This document shows positions 1-12,910 of a stretch of DNA of 64,000 bases, piece by piece. Source of the stretch: Rhynchopus sp. YZ270_cl-10 (lineage: Eukaryota). Both the position numbers and the translations under genes were made by a program. Under the pieces are notes generated by a model, which did no database searches, was not told where the DNA came from, and saw only the letters and a list, made by a program, of their open reading frames with translations. Position 1 is the first letter of the stretch. Each line of letters begins with the position of its first letter. Where the stretch lies: assembly GCA_964035575.1 (NCBI GenBank), contig OZ037846.1, forward strand, positions 1,178,001-1,242,000. The letters run 5' to 3'.

Positions 1-302
1 TGGGTGGCTTTTTGGGCCCATACCCGGCTATATGGACTGGGAAACGCGATTCTGGGGTGCTAGAACCAGGTCTAGGCCGCACAGGGGTACTTCTGTGGGC
101 AAAAACAACCCACAAAACCATGCACTGCGTTGTGTTCTGTGACCATTCAAGTGTTTTAGCTAGTGCACGAGGCGTTGCTATCGATTTGGTTTCGTTCTCG
201 CTCATCAACCACACGAGCTAGCAAAAAATATTTAGGATTCGCAAAACCAAATTTTGTCCGCGCCGCAGGCGCACGGTGCGCTACTTTTTTATGGGAGTTG
301 CG

Positions 303-1047
303 CAGGGCGTTCGCTATCGCCATCGTTTTTTCCTGATCGTGGCGAAATGCCAAAAAACCCGAAATTTTTGCTTTTTTACTAGTGCTTAAAATAGGTCAAA
401 AAAAAATTTTTCCGCCGGAGAGAAGCTAGTTCGTGGGGGGTGAATCCCTGGTGCTGAGTGATCAAAAAAAATTGCGATTTGCGCGTGATCCCTTCCCCAG
501 GACTAAAACCAGCAAAACGATGGAGAATTTCATCAATCCCCCCTCACTGAGGGTTCTCTTTGTGCTGTTTAATCGAACAGATGTACAAGAGAGAAGCATC
601 CGTCATATGAGACTTCATCCTTATTTTGATTATTTTCAATAAACTAACCCGTCTCTCTGCCTCCACCAAGGTTGAAGATAGAGTTGACACGAGTAGTGAC
701 ACCTTCTATAACAGGGGGTACGGGACACCTTCAGCTGACTGCAGGATTGAGGAGCGAGCGGGAGTGCTGGGGAAACTTCCTCTCACGGCAGGCGGGTTTG
801 CGGATGATTTTGAGTACAGTGGACACCCCCTCTGTGACCCCCCCTCCGGGGGGGTCGACAGGGTGGTGGGGAGAAATCTCTCTCTCTTTTTTTTTTTTTT
901 TCCTCCCTTTTTTTTTTTTTATTTATTTATTTATACAGGGTTTCGCCCCGGTGGGGCGAAGCCCTGGGGCGAAATAAAATGTCATTTTTTCAGGAAAAGA
1001 TTTTTTTAACGAAAAAAAATATTTTTCGCCCCGGGGCGAACGCCCTG
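303..1047 (-). mobile_element. Non-autonomous hAT, internal-deletion derivative of the element at 57406-61312
   Basis: TIR CAGGGCGTTCGC at both ends. 8-bp TSD GAGTTGCG (295-302 and 1048-1055). Both ends and the transposase 3' end (~540-790) align with 57406-57930 and 61200-61312. Confidence 0.93.
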
Positions 1048-1529
1048 GAGTTGCGAACATACATTTGAAAAATCCATCCATCCACATATGAGAGGATCAG
1101 TGAGTAAATAGTTCCGCTTATGGGCCCAGGAGGCTTCCCCTGGTCAGGGGTGGGGTTTGCTGCTTGGAGAGGAGGTTGTTCTGGGTACAGAACGAGAAAA
1201 AAGAGTAGTTGAAACGTGCTAAAACGCAGTCGAGCTCATGCAAAGGGTAGGAGGTGGGTGTTCCGTACCGTAAGAGAACGGAGGCGGTTCACAACCGCTC
1301 GACGAATCACGCGACCTCTTTATACCCCAGCCTTTTTAACAGCCAAAAAAACTCTATGATTTTGCACGTGTTACCGTGGGACTCTAAGGGCAATCATGGC
1401 TCAGTTCGTAAACGTGCACGTGCCATTCAATGCCAAAATATTTATATCTCGTGTGTATTGTGTTTTTCTCGTCAGCGTTTTAAAAACAAAAATAGTAAGG
1501 TGGGACATAAATCACAGAAAAAAAGAGGA

Positions 1530-1728
1530 AGAGGTGTGCACGGAATATGCACTTCGCATTCTTCGCATATTCTTCGCATATTCTTCGCATGTTGGAAAAT
1601 GCGAAGAATATGCGAAGAATGCGAAGTAGGCGAAGAATATGCGAAGAAAATACGAAGAAAATACGAAGAATTTTTGGGATTTTTGAAAATGCGAAGAATC
1701 CGAAGAATCTCTTCGCATGACATGTATG
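1530..1728. mobile_element. Right end of a CATAC-terminal element; left end not identified
   Basis: Dense GCGAAGAAT/ATTCTTCGC subterminal motifs ending ...GACATGTATG|CCTAGG. Same terminus and target as 20692-24104 and 26574-27776. Confidence 0.6.
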
Positions 1729-1730
1729 CC

Positions 1731-3175
1731 TAGGGGATACGACTCCAGCCATTTTGGCTGGGACCAAACGCACGGAAAATTCATTTGGCATTATCTGGCC
1801 ATCTCCAAGGCAACTGCGGGTGAAAAACACCCTCAGAGTGGGTCACAGGGGGCCTGTGGGTCGAAAAACGACCCAGAAGCCACCCCAGAATACAAAAAAA
1901 TGGAAAAAAATAGTGAAAAAACGGCTTTTTTCACGTTTTGGCCACTTTGGGCAAAATAGCGATTTTTCGAGAAAAAAATCAAAAACCGGGATATTTTTTG
2001 ACATCACAAAGCCTCCTTTGGCACAAATATACCCCAAAAGTGGCCTGTGAGTCCATTCCAACCTGTTTTGGACATATTTGACACTTTTGGAAGTGCTTTT
2101 TTGGTGTTTTTAGGTCAAAAAAATGCCCAAGACGTCCCCAAGACATCCCCAAGACACTTTGCACACCCCCTGTTACGGTCATATTTTTTTCGTTTTTTTG
2201 CCTGAAACCCCCAAAATACCCCTCCCGGACCCCACATAGTCCCGAATATCCATCACACACCCACTCAGAGTGAGTAGAAGCACCCCAAAAAAAATATTTT
2301 TTAAAGCCCTAAAATTGTGCTTCAGTTTCGGCAGCATCCATGTTGAAGTTGAAGGGCTTTAAAAAATATTTTTTTTGGGGTGCTTCTACTCACTCTGAGT
2401 GGGTGTGTGATGGATATTCGGGACTATGTGGGGTCCGGGAGGGGTATTTTGGGGGTTTCAGGCAAAAAAACGAAAAAAATATGACCGTAACAGGGGGTGT
2501 GCAAAGTGTCTTGGGGATGTCTTGGGGACGTCTTGGGCATTTTTTTGACCTAAAAACACCAAAAAAGCACTTCCAAAAGTGTCAAATATGTCCAAAACAG
2601 GTTGGAATGGACTCACAGGCCACTTTTGGGGTATATTTGTGCCAAAGGAGGCTTTGTGATGTCAAAAAATATCCCGGTTTTTGATTTTTTTCTCGAAAAA
2701 TCGCTATTTTGCCCAAAGTGGCCAAAACGTGAAAAAAGCCGTTTTTTCACTATTTTTTTCCATTTTTTTGTATTCTGGGGTGGCTTCTGGGTCGTTTTTC
2801 GACCCACAGGCCCCCTGTGACCCACTCTGAGGGTGTTTTTCACCCGCAGTTGCCTTGGAGATGACCAGATAATGCCAAATGAATTTTCCGTGCGCAAAAA
2901 ATGGCTGGAGTCGTACACGACGGTGAAGTAACGGGTGTTACAAGTGGAGTTACAAGTGAGTTACATGTAACTTTTGTTACATGTAACTCACTTGTAACTC
3001 ACTTGTAACCCACTTGTAACCCACCAGTTACAACCTGATTTTGCCTGTAATTCATGTATCCCACTTGTAACTCACTTGTAACTCACTTGTAACTCACTTG
3101 TAACGGTTTTTCACTTGTAACGTTACTAGTAACTTCACTTGTAATGTACTATACTTCACCGTCGTGTACCCCCTA
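1731..3175. mobile_element. Foldback (long-TIR) non-coding DNA transposon, TAGG...CCTA class, family A
   Basis: ~580-bp near-perfect inverted arms (1731-2310 vs ~2353-2915 plus 3169-3175) around a ~45-bp spacer. Termini TAGGGG(A/G)TACGACTCCAGCC. Right flank is C19. A second copy lies at 24107-26558. Confidence 0.9.
2916..3166. mobile_element. MITE with CACGACGGTGA termini and 2-bp TSD
   Basis: TIR CACGACGGTGAAGTA; TA duplicated. It interrupts the terminus GTCGTACCCCCTA, which is intact in the other copy. Internal CACTTGTAAC(T) repeats. Confidence 0.9.
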
Positions 3176-3194
3176 CCCCCCCCCCCCCCCCCCC

Positions 3195-4393
3195 TAGGGG
3201 AGGGTCACTGTACTCGATAAATGCGATTTTTCCGATTTTGATCCTCAGAACCGCAGAAGTCCCCGAAAACTATACCAAACCACCTAGGGGACCCAAAAAA
3301 CGCACCAGCGCCCCAGTTTTGACACAGAAACACTCAGATGATGCCTGAAATGCAATTTTTAAAAAATGCCTACAGAACTTGTACCTGCCCACCCCCCGTA
3401 GATAGAGCAAATCACACATTCATCACGCCTCAGTGTGGGCCAGGGGCCAGAAAAGCCCCCAAAGCCACATATTTTCACCCCAGAACCTATCCCGAGGGGT
3501 ACCCAGCCTGTTTCGGGGTGTTTAGAGGGACTTGGTGGAACTTAGAACCATGTTTCAAAAAGGGTACAAGTACTGTGCCAAGGGTTTTCCCACCCTAAGG
3601 TATCTGAAGCCGTCAAAAAGCGTGAAGTAGGCAATAAATCAAAAAATACCCCCTGAGGTCAAAAAAAACCACACCATAGGCCCATTTGGACCCCAAAAAT
3701 CGAATTCCGCCCGGTTTTGGGCACTTTTGACCACTTCTGAGCGACTTTTTTGCGTTTTTTAAAAGTGACCACCAACTTGTACCTGCCCACCCCCCCTGTA
3801 GATAGAGCAACTCACACATCCATCACGCCTCAGTGTGAGCCAGGGGCCAGAAAAGCCCCCAAAGCCACATATTTTCACCCCAGAACCTATCCCGAGGGGT
3901 ACCCAGCCTGTTTCGGGGTGTTTAGAGGGACTTGGTGGAACTTAGAACCATGTTTCAAAAAGGGTACAAATACTTGGTCCCTTGAGAGGGCAAACCCTTG
4001 GCACAGTACTTGTACCCTTTTTGAAACATGGTTCTAAGTTCCACCAAGTCCCTCTAAACACCCCGAAACAGGCTGGGTACCCCTCGGGATAGGTTCTGGG
4101 GTGAAAATATGTGGCTTTGGGGGCTTTTCTGGCCCCTGGCACACACTGAGGCGTGATGGATGTGTGAGTTGCTCTATCTACAGGGGTGGGCAGGTACAAG
4201 TTCTGTAGGCACTCTTTTAAAATTGCATTTCAGGCATTATCTGAGTGTTTCTGTGTCAAAACTGGGGCGCTGGTGCGTTTTTTGGGTCCCCTAGGTGGTT
4301 TGGTATAGTTTTCGGGGACTTCTGCGGTTCTGAGGATCAAAATCGGAAAAATCGCATTTATCGAGAGATTTAACGTGCAGTGACCCTCCCCTA
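3195..4393. mobile_element. Foldback element, TAGG...CCTA class, family B
   Basis: TIR TAGGGGAGGGTCACTG, long inverted arms, and an internal ~210-bp duplication. C19 on both flanks. Confidence 0.88.
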
Positions 4394-4412
4394 CCCCCCC
4401 CCCCCCCCCCCC

Positions 4413-6040
4413 TAGGGGGGTCCGTCCGGCCGTTTTTGCTGTCCCAAACCACTTTTTTTTGTAAAAACCCGCGAAAAACCCGAAAAAACACCTCAAAACA
4501 CCCCAAAACCCCCAAAAAATCACCCAAAACCACGAAAAACACACTTTTGAGCACTATTTCGCACTTTTTTCTGATTTTTTGGTGTTTTTTCCCGTTTTTT
4601 CTGCTTTTTTCCACGGAATTATACCCCCTAATATGCCTATAGAATCCCTGTACTGCTCACTGAGACAGCATAGCGACCAGAGGCTCCTTATTCATCGTAC
4701 CGGTGTCTTCGTCGTCAAGGGGTGCACAATCTGCCGCAAATTCCTGCATCTCTGTCTTTGTGAAGAGATCAAGCACTTTAGTGTTGTACTTTTCAAGTTG
4801 CTGCTTCTGGGTGCTTTGCATGGACCTGCCTTTGTGGTGCGCTTGGTGTATCCTGCGGCAAGTTCTTCCCTTGAGAGAGACGGAACCCAACCTAGACTGT
4901 AGAGGATGTCTAGGTTTCAGCGACAGTGAGTCGGTGTTGTCGGGGTGCTGGCTCCTTCCGTGGTGGCTTGCAACTTGGTCAAGGACACCGACAACGGATT
5001 CGCACGAATCATTGGTCATAGGAGGAGGCAAGGAAGGCTTTACTGCACTTAGGCACAGGGTACGTTGTCATTTTCAGGGACCAAAAAGCCCCAGTAAGTG
5101 TTGCAAGCACAGCTCGGGAGGTCTGTCAGGCAGTTCAGAGGGATTTAGACACTTCTGCGACTGCCTGAACACGCCTTTTAGGGTTTTTATTTTGGGTGCG
5201 AAATACGTCAAAAGGATGGGGGGAAATACCGTTATTTTAAGCGTTGCAGACACAAAAACACCCTCAAAAACCCCCCAGGGACCCCAAAAAGCTGCAAAAT
5301 CACACATTTCCACCTCGGGACCTCATTGGAGGTGGACCGAGGTGGTTTTTTGGTGTTTTGAATGAATTGGTATTATTTTTTTTTGGTAAATAAGTGGTCT
5401 TCTGCTAGGCGTTGCATAGCCGTTGCTTAAGTGTTGCATAAGTGTTGCATGGCCTATAAAACCCTCCCAAGTGCCCAAAATGCTATTTTTCACCCTACAT
5501 GGGGTCTGGGGGACATTTTCCTGGGTGTTTGGACACCATTCCGACTACCTTGGCACTTTTTTGGGGGTTTTCAGGTACAAAAAAAGTCAAAAAAGTGACT
5601 AAAAAAAGGGTACTTTTAAGCGTTTGGGGCACACACACCCACTGCAAAATGCATCTGGGGCCCACACAGGACCCCTAAAAGCTGTAAAAACCATATATTT
5701 CCACCCTGGGACCCCACCGGATGTGGACTGGGGTGTTTTTCGGGTGTTTAGAAGGATTTTTGTCTGATTGGAGAATTTTTTTGATAAGTGTTGCATTTTG
5801 GCCCATGTTGATGACGATTTGATGACGCTATTTTTGGAGATTTTTCACAAAAAACCGATTTTTTTTAACCAGGAAAGTCTCTGTAGAGGCTGTCAGGTGG
5901 TTTAATGGGATATTTTCGTGATCCCCAGGGCGATTTGCGGCCAGGTACAACCTTTTTAGTGGGTTTCTTCACCTAAATTTCAAAAAAATGGGTTTGGGAC
6001 AGCAAATCCTTAAGGAATTCCTTCTACGTGGACCCCCCTA
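4413..6040. mobile_element. TAGG...CCTA class element, family C
   Basis: Termini TAGGGGGGTCC / GGACCCCCCTA, flanked by C19 and C10. Right part (~5650-6000) is homologous to ~18820-19175 of element E. Confidence 0.82.
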
Positions 6041-6050
6041 CCCCCCCCCC

Positions 6051-7240
6051 TAGGTGGGGGCAAAACCCCTATTTTTTTGAGGCATTTCGATTTTTTTGGA
6101 TTTACGCGCAAAGTACCCGCAAACCACCGAAAATTTCGGGTCAGAGATGGTTTTGGGGTGTGGTTTGGGGGTGTTCTATAGGTGAGACACCCCAGAGATA
6201 CAAAAAAATGGAAAAAAATAGCAAAAATAGACCATTTTGGCCGTTTGGGCCATATTGGTCAAAATGGCCATTTTTGACCAATATTTCAAAAAAAAAGCAA
6301 AATTTTGTCATCATTAGGCCTGTCTGGGCACAAATATGCCCCAAAAATGTCCCGCGAGTCCATTCCGACCTGTTTTGAACACATTTATCGCCCTTTTTGG
6401 TGTTTTTTTTGGTGTTTTGAGGTCAAAAAATATCCCCTGACTATCCCCTGGCAGCCCTGGGCCGCGACTTGCGCCCTGCTTTTGGACCCCCTCTGGGCCA
6501 AAAAAATGGGTGAAAACCCCCGAAAAAGCACTCCGGGAACCCAGATAGTTCCAAATATCCACTAGAAACCCACCCAAACACCTCAAAAACATGCCAGAAA
6601 AATATTTTCAAAAACACACTTTTTTCAAAAAGTTCATCTGGGCAGGTTCCATAATGACTTATTTGAAAAAGTGTGTTTTTGAAAATGTTTTTCTGGCATG
6701 TTTTTGAGGTGTTTGGGTGGGTTTCTAGTGGATATTTGGAACTATCTGGGTTCCCGGAGTGCTTTTTCGGGGGTTTTCACCCATTTTTTGGCCCAGAGGG
6801 GGTCCAAAAGCAGGGCGCAAGTCGCGGCCCAGGGCTGCCAGGGGATAGTCAGGGGATCTTTTTTCACCTAAAAACGCCAAAAAACGGCCAAAAAAAGTAC
6901 CTAAAGTGTCCAAAACAGGTCGGAATGGACTCACAGGACCTCCCTGGGGTAGTTTTGTGCCCAAGCAGCTGTCATGATGTCGAAATTTTGCTGTTTTTTT
7001 GATTTTTTTGTCCAAAAATGGTCATTTTACCCAACATGGCCAAAACCGTCAAAAGGCCACTTTTTCACTATTTTTTTGCATTTTTTCATATTCTGAGGTG
7101 CCCTTATCATGGATTTTCGGGTCACAGGGTGTTTCTGACCCATTTCTGGGGGTGTATGAGGGGTGGTTTGTGGGTACTTTGCGCGGAAGTCCAAAAAAGT
7201 CAAAATGCCTCACCCGTCCTGAAGGTTTTGCCCCCACCTA
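6051..7240. mobile_element. Foldback element, TAGG...CCTA class, family D
   Basis: TIR TAGGTGGGGGCAAAACC; inverted arms centred at ~6645. Flanks are A+C10 (left) and A+C19 (right). Confidence 0.88.
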
Positions 7241-7270
7241 ACCCCCCCCCCCCCCCCCCCAGTAAGGGGG

Positions 7271-10200
7271 CAGGCCTGACGCTAACCATCATCCATCAAC
7301 CCACGGAAAATGGCTTTCCCCCCCCGACCATAAACCATCATCCCACCATCAACCCACCACAAAAACACCCATTTTTTTTTTTTTTTCAAAAAAAATTTTG
7401 TTTCTGCGTTGTTAGCAGGCCTTTTGCTAACCATCATGCCATCATCCCACGTTTTTGGGGGATTTTTTTTTCCCCTTCATCATGCCACCATCATGCCACG
7501 GGGGGTGCATGATGGCATGATGGCATGATGGCATGATGGCATGATGGCATGATGGCATGATGGCATGATGGCATGATGGCATGATGGCATGATGGCATGA
7601 TGGCATGATGGCATGATGGCATGATGGCATGATGGCATGATGGCATGATGGCATGATGGCATGATGGCATGATGGCATGATGGCATGATGGCATGATGGC
7701 ATGATGGCATGATGGCATGATGGCATGATGGCATGATGGCATGATGGCATGATGGCATGATGGCATGATGGCATGATGGCATGATGGCATGATGGCATGA
7801 TGGCATGATGGCATGATGGCATGATGGCATGATGGCATGATGGCATGATGGCATGATGGCATGATGGCATGATGGCATGATGGCATGATGGCATGATGGC
7901 ATGATGGCATGATGGCATGATGGCATGATGGCATGATGGCATGATGGCATGATGGCATGATGGCATGATGGCATGATGGCATGATGGCATGATGGCATGA
8001 TGGCATGATGGCATGATGGCATGATGGCATGATGGCATGATGGCATGATGGCATGATGGCATGATGGCATGATGGCATGATGGCATGATGGCATGATGGC
8101 ATGATGGCATGATGACATGATGACATGATGACATGATGACATGATGACATGATGACATGATGACATGATGACATGATGACATGATGACATGATGACATGA
8201 TGACATGATGACATGATGACATGATGACATGATGACATGATGACATGATGACATGATGACATGATGACATGATGACATGATGACATGATGACATGATGAC
8301 ATGATGACATGATGACATGATGACATGATGACATGATGACATGATGGCATGATGGCATGATGGCATGATGGCATGATGGCATGATGGCATGATGGCATGA
8401 TGGCATGATGGCATGATGGCATGATGGCATGATGGCATGATGACATGATGACATGATGACATGATGACATGATGGCATGATGGCATGATGGCATGATGGC
8501 ATGATGGCATGATGGCATGATGGCATGATGGCATGATGACATGATGACATGATGACATGATGACATGATGACATGATGACATGATGACATGATGACATGA
8601 TGACATGATGACATGATGACATGATGACATGATGACATGATGACATGATGACATGATGACATGATGACATGATGACATGATGACATGATGACATGATGAC
8701 ATGATGACATGATGACATGATGACATGATGACATGATGACATGATGACATGATGACATGATGACATGATGACATGATGACATGATGACATGATGGAAAAA
8801 GTTGCGTACCGTGCGCCTGCGGCGCAAGTATGTATACCACCAACGCAGTTCCATTTTATGGGAACATTTTTTAGAAATGTTGCGTACCGTGGCTTCGCCA
8901 GGAACCTTTGGGTACCATGACCGCTGCTTTACCGATAAGAAGGCTGACACCCAATGCGGATTCTGGACGGCCACCTGCCGGCCACCGAAGGGTACAATGC
9001 ACAGGGAAAGAGCAAATGTCGCTGATTCGGAGGAACTCTGACCGGGCTTGGGGAACATGCGTCTCTCCGCCGGAGGCCACGAGAAGGAGCTTTGCAGGGG
9101 TTTTCGCGCGAAGCGCGAAAAATATTTTTTGGACCATCAACAGAACTTTTTCAAACCCAAAATCCTGGCGGCGGGGCTGACCAAGTTTTCAAAAAATAAA
9201 AATCGTGTGTTTTTGCAGGGTTCTAGCTCAGAAGAAAAAAAAAAGAAACGGAAAAGGTGGCTCAAAAAAATTTTTTCTGCGCTTCGCGCGCAGGGATTAC
9301 GCAGCTCCCCCAAAAATAAAAAAAGTACGTATGGATTTTCAACACGTACAATTCTAAGCAAAAAACAATTAAAAACCGCGCGCGCTTCGCGCGCGCTCTC
9401 CCTGGCAAAGTTGGTTGAGAAGGGTTGTGAAAGTTCGAAGAACTGGAGAAATCATCAGTCATGGCATCCAAATGTTCCTGGCGAAGCCACGGTACGCAAC
9501 ATTTTTAAAAAATCTTGACATAAAATGGCACTTTCGTTGGTAATTATGGTCCAGTTCCGTAAACTTTACTTCCATATTTTGCTAAAACGAAAGTTTCTGG
9601 CGAAGCCACGGTACGCAACATTTCTAAAAATTGCGCTTAAAATTGCCTATTATGTCATGGGAAGGGTGTATTGCAATCTAGCGCCGCAGGCGCACGGTAC
9701 GCTACTTTTTTCTTTCGCCATGCTGCATGCTCCTTTTCCGGTAAAATAGAAAATTGTCTCCTACAAATAGAATTCTGTAGGGGGTAGGTGAGAGGTGGGG
9801 GCGGAGCCCCACTCCTCACCTACCCCACCCCAGCCCCAATCCAAAACCCAAATTACCTACGTATGGACACGTATGGATTCCACCTTTTCAAAAACAATTC
9901 ACGTATGGATTTCCATACGTTCCACACGTGGAGCGTAATCCCTGTTCGCGCGGAAAAATTGACCACGCCAAGTCGCTGTTTTTAACAGCAAAGGGGACTG
10001 GCTGACGACACTGAGGACCTCCTTGGCCAACCGGTTTTTTGCACCGTGTAAAAAAAACCAGGCACTCCGTTAGGTACTAAAGTTCTGTTGATTGTCAACA
10101 GAACTTTTTGAAAATGGGGAAAAAAAGAAAAAAAAAAAAAGTTCTGCTAAGTGGTTCAGACCCGTTCTACCTGTCAAAAAAGCTCAGGAGAAGAAGATAT

Positions 10201-10597
10201 GGAGAGGTGAGTGCTCAAACGTCCCAAAAAAGTCAAAATCGGGCGTTGGTAAAAAAAAAAGTTGCGTACCGTGCGCCTGCGGCGCAAGCATGTACCCCAC
10301 CAACGTGGACCATCAACAGAATATTTTCAAAATCGGAAATCCTAGCGGAGAGCCTGAAAAAAAACCCAAAAAAAAAAAAAAAAAAAAATCCCAAAAAAAA
10401 AAAAAAAACAACGGAAAAGGTGGGCCACCTTTTCCGTTCTACTGAGCTAGGACCCTGGTTTTTGTCAATGGTGTGGAGTGTTGCGTGAGGTCAAAAAACA
10501 GGCGCGGAAAAATTTTTTTTTAGCTTTCCCCCCCCCCCCCCATATTCGACCATCATCCCACGATTTCCCAAAATTCGAAAAGTTAGCGTCAGGCCTG
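7271..10597. mobile_element. Non-autonomous hAT-like element carrying an 8-bp satellite
   Basis: 16-bp TIR CAGGCCTGACGCTAAC. TSD GTAAGGGG(G), 8-9 bp, ambiguous because of the G-run. No coding capacity seen. Confidence 0.85.
7507..8795. repeat. (GCATGATG / ACATGATG)n 8-bp satellite, ~160 units in alternating blocks
   Basis: Read directly from the sequence. Confidence 0.99.
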
Positions 10598-10662
10598 GTA
10601 AGGGGGGGGTTTTTTTGTTCTCCGATTAACATCGCAGAGACAGGGGTGAGAGGGGATGTACA

Positions 10663-10758
10663 CATTTTCATTTTCATTTTCATTTTCATTTTCATTTTCA
10701 TTTTCATTTTCATTTTCATTTTCATTTTCATTTTCATTTTCATTTTCATTTTCATTTT
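10663..10758. repeat. (CATTTT)16 microsatellite
   Basis: Read directly from the sequence. Confidence 0.98.
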
Positions 10759-11465
10759 ACACCATAAAAAGAAAGATGGGAACATTTTTGCTGATCCCTC
10801 ACCATATACTATCAATTTATTGATTGCATATGATGAAAATATATTTTCATTTTCATTTTACTTTTCAAAAACAAAACGACAAAAAACTCACAGCTTCTCT
10901 ACACGTGACTACCCTAAACTTTACGTTTAGGTTCATCTTATAGTCTTTTTTTTTTTTTTTTTTTTCCGTTTGTGTGATTGGTTTTAAATTGCTAGGAAAA
11001 ATAAAAGTACTTTTCGGCGGTCAATTGCAAAAAAAGAATTTTTAGGGAGGGAGGGGGAAGTCCACACCCACTGGGCGTGCGCCGTGGCAGGCGTGTGTAA
11101 GGATAGCCAAGGGTTTTTGCAACGGATTTCAGCTGGGCTACAACAACAAAGTACTCAAACCTGTAAATACAGAATGACCAAAAAAAAAAAAAAAAAAAAA
11201 AAAAAAAAGCGAGGGGTGGGTATTGCACTGTTATGCTTCAACGAGCTCGAACTCCTCTTCTGTATCCTCCGCCAACACACTAACGCACTAGACAGAAAAA
11301 CTTTTCACACAACGTTTTTTGCTGTTCTTCTCTTTTTTTAACTCTCTGCTTTTCATCTCTTTTTAAAAAATGGATTACTCTAATACTCTAATCTTACTCT
11401 ATCTAATATCTAATAAAGGACTCATCATTGTTTAGTTTTGTTTTACGACACCACCTCCCCCCCGC

Positions 11466-12440
11466 CATAGATGACCCTAATTATTATGAAACTTAGTCAG
11501 TCACTGCTATAGCCATTTAACCCAGGGAGCATAGCTGGTGCAAGAAATTCGACTTCGGGATCCGGAAAGTCTGTCCTCTGCTTGCGGAGGACTAGGGACA
11601 AGAAAATATTGCGTTCCCCCAGAAAACTAATTTTTGTCACAGTAATTTTTGCCCAGGGCATGCTCTTGAAGCATGGCGGCTTGGTGTGAGAAGGGGCAGT
11701 GTGTTGTTTTGTTCTAGATTTCAACGGTTGTTAGAACGAGTCAAGTGGATGCTTATCTAAACACTGACTTTAGTACAGACCCGAGAGATCACATGACTTT
11801 GAGGAAAGAACAAAGCAATGCATCTGTACCCGCACGCCAGGTTGTAGTTACTTCAGAATTTTCTTAAGTTTGCATGAACGAGGAGGGGCGAATCATTCTT
11901 CGGGAACCATTAGCTGTATACCATGGAATGATTTTCTCAAAAACACCACGTGGGGGCTTAATTCAATCCCTTAAGAATTGCGAATTCAGCCCTTGTAGAA
12001 GGTACGTCTTACTTGTACTTGTACTTGTATGCCGTGTCCACCCTTCTCGACCTTACCGGTTCACATGTTCGAAGTTTATTAGGCAGTGGTACACCCTTCT
12101 CAATTGTGCAAACTTAAGAATTTTCTGCTGTAACTTACCAAAATCGATTTTCTTTCACCCCAAACACCCGCAACACCACCTGCTACTTCGGTAGCCTGTG
12201 TTGGGAGTTGGTTCTCATGTTGATCCCCAGTGTCTTGCACTGCTTCTTCTGAGCCCAACGCTGTTTGGCCTGTCGACGTAATAAATACGAAGACAGGGGG
12301 GCGGTGCCAACAATTTTCCAATGATGTAACGTTTATCTGATTGATTTATCGTGAGATACCTTGTGTGTGCTACTTCACTGCACACCCAAGCAAGGTATTT
12401 TGAACGGTACTTTCAAGCGATACTTCGTTATGTCATTGGT
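11466..12440. repeat. ~1-kb dispersed repeat with an inverted copy at ~35891-36875; probable degraded TE interior
   Basis: Near-identical sequence in opposite orientation (ORFs 11497-11724 and 36614-36841 match). Confidence 0.85.
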
Positions 12441-12479
12441 GGGATTTAATAATGACATTATTTGATTATTAGAGATTAT

Positions 12480-12910
12480 GATCCCCGATGGACCAACTCC
12501 ATCTTTCTCAGGGAAAAAAGATGTTTCGATCATCTTTAACTACAGCAAGGTAGTAAGGTTTAGGTTCTGACCACATTTTTATTGCTGGACTGACGAGGGG
12601 CAGGAGACCACAAGACATGTCGCCAGAAAAAGCCACAACTAACGAGAGAGAGTGTGTGTGTTTTATTGTCGGGATGTCTTATTATGTGCACTATCGCGCG
12701 CCTCGTTACCCAGTCGATGTATTGTCTTTCTTTGTCCTTTGTGCCCTGTGGGGATCATTTCATTTCTCAAGTTCCTTTTTTTTTGGTAAATTTTCAAATG
12801 TTTTCTGTTCTCTCCTGAATTGAAAGTATATGAAGTTATCTCACCTCTTTTCTTCTTCCCCTTCCTCCCCAATTGCTGCAATAAGGCGTTGTACATGTTT
12901 TCATGAACCC
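12480..12910. repeat. Segmental-duplication flank, repeated at ~44508-44945
   Basis: Near-identical direct repeat before the first and after the last ferric reductase paralog. Confidence 0.88.

Noticed and set aside
1058..1067. CATACAT as the left TIR of the element ending at 1728
   Set aside because: Only 7 bp match and the flank is not CCTAGG.
2916..3166. Short CACTTGTAAC repeats as a CRISPR-like array
   Set aside because: No unique spacers or cas genes; they are internal repeats of a MITE in a eukaryotic context.
4657..5365. ORFs inside element C as its transposase
   Set aside because: No catalytic motifs recognised. The minus frame may be a coding remnant but I cannot support a call.
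7442..9058. Long minus-strand ORFs (SCHHVIM/PSCHHAIM repeats)
   Set aside because: Translations of the 8-bp satellite, open in all three frames.
11370..12480. Another 6-bp-TSD element ending ...GATTATG|ATCCCC
   Set aside because: The right boundary is suggestive, but I found no matching left TIR or TSD.
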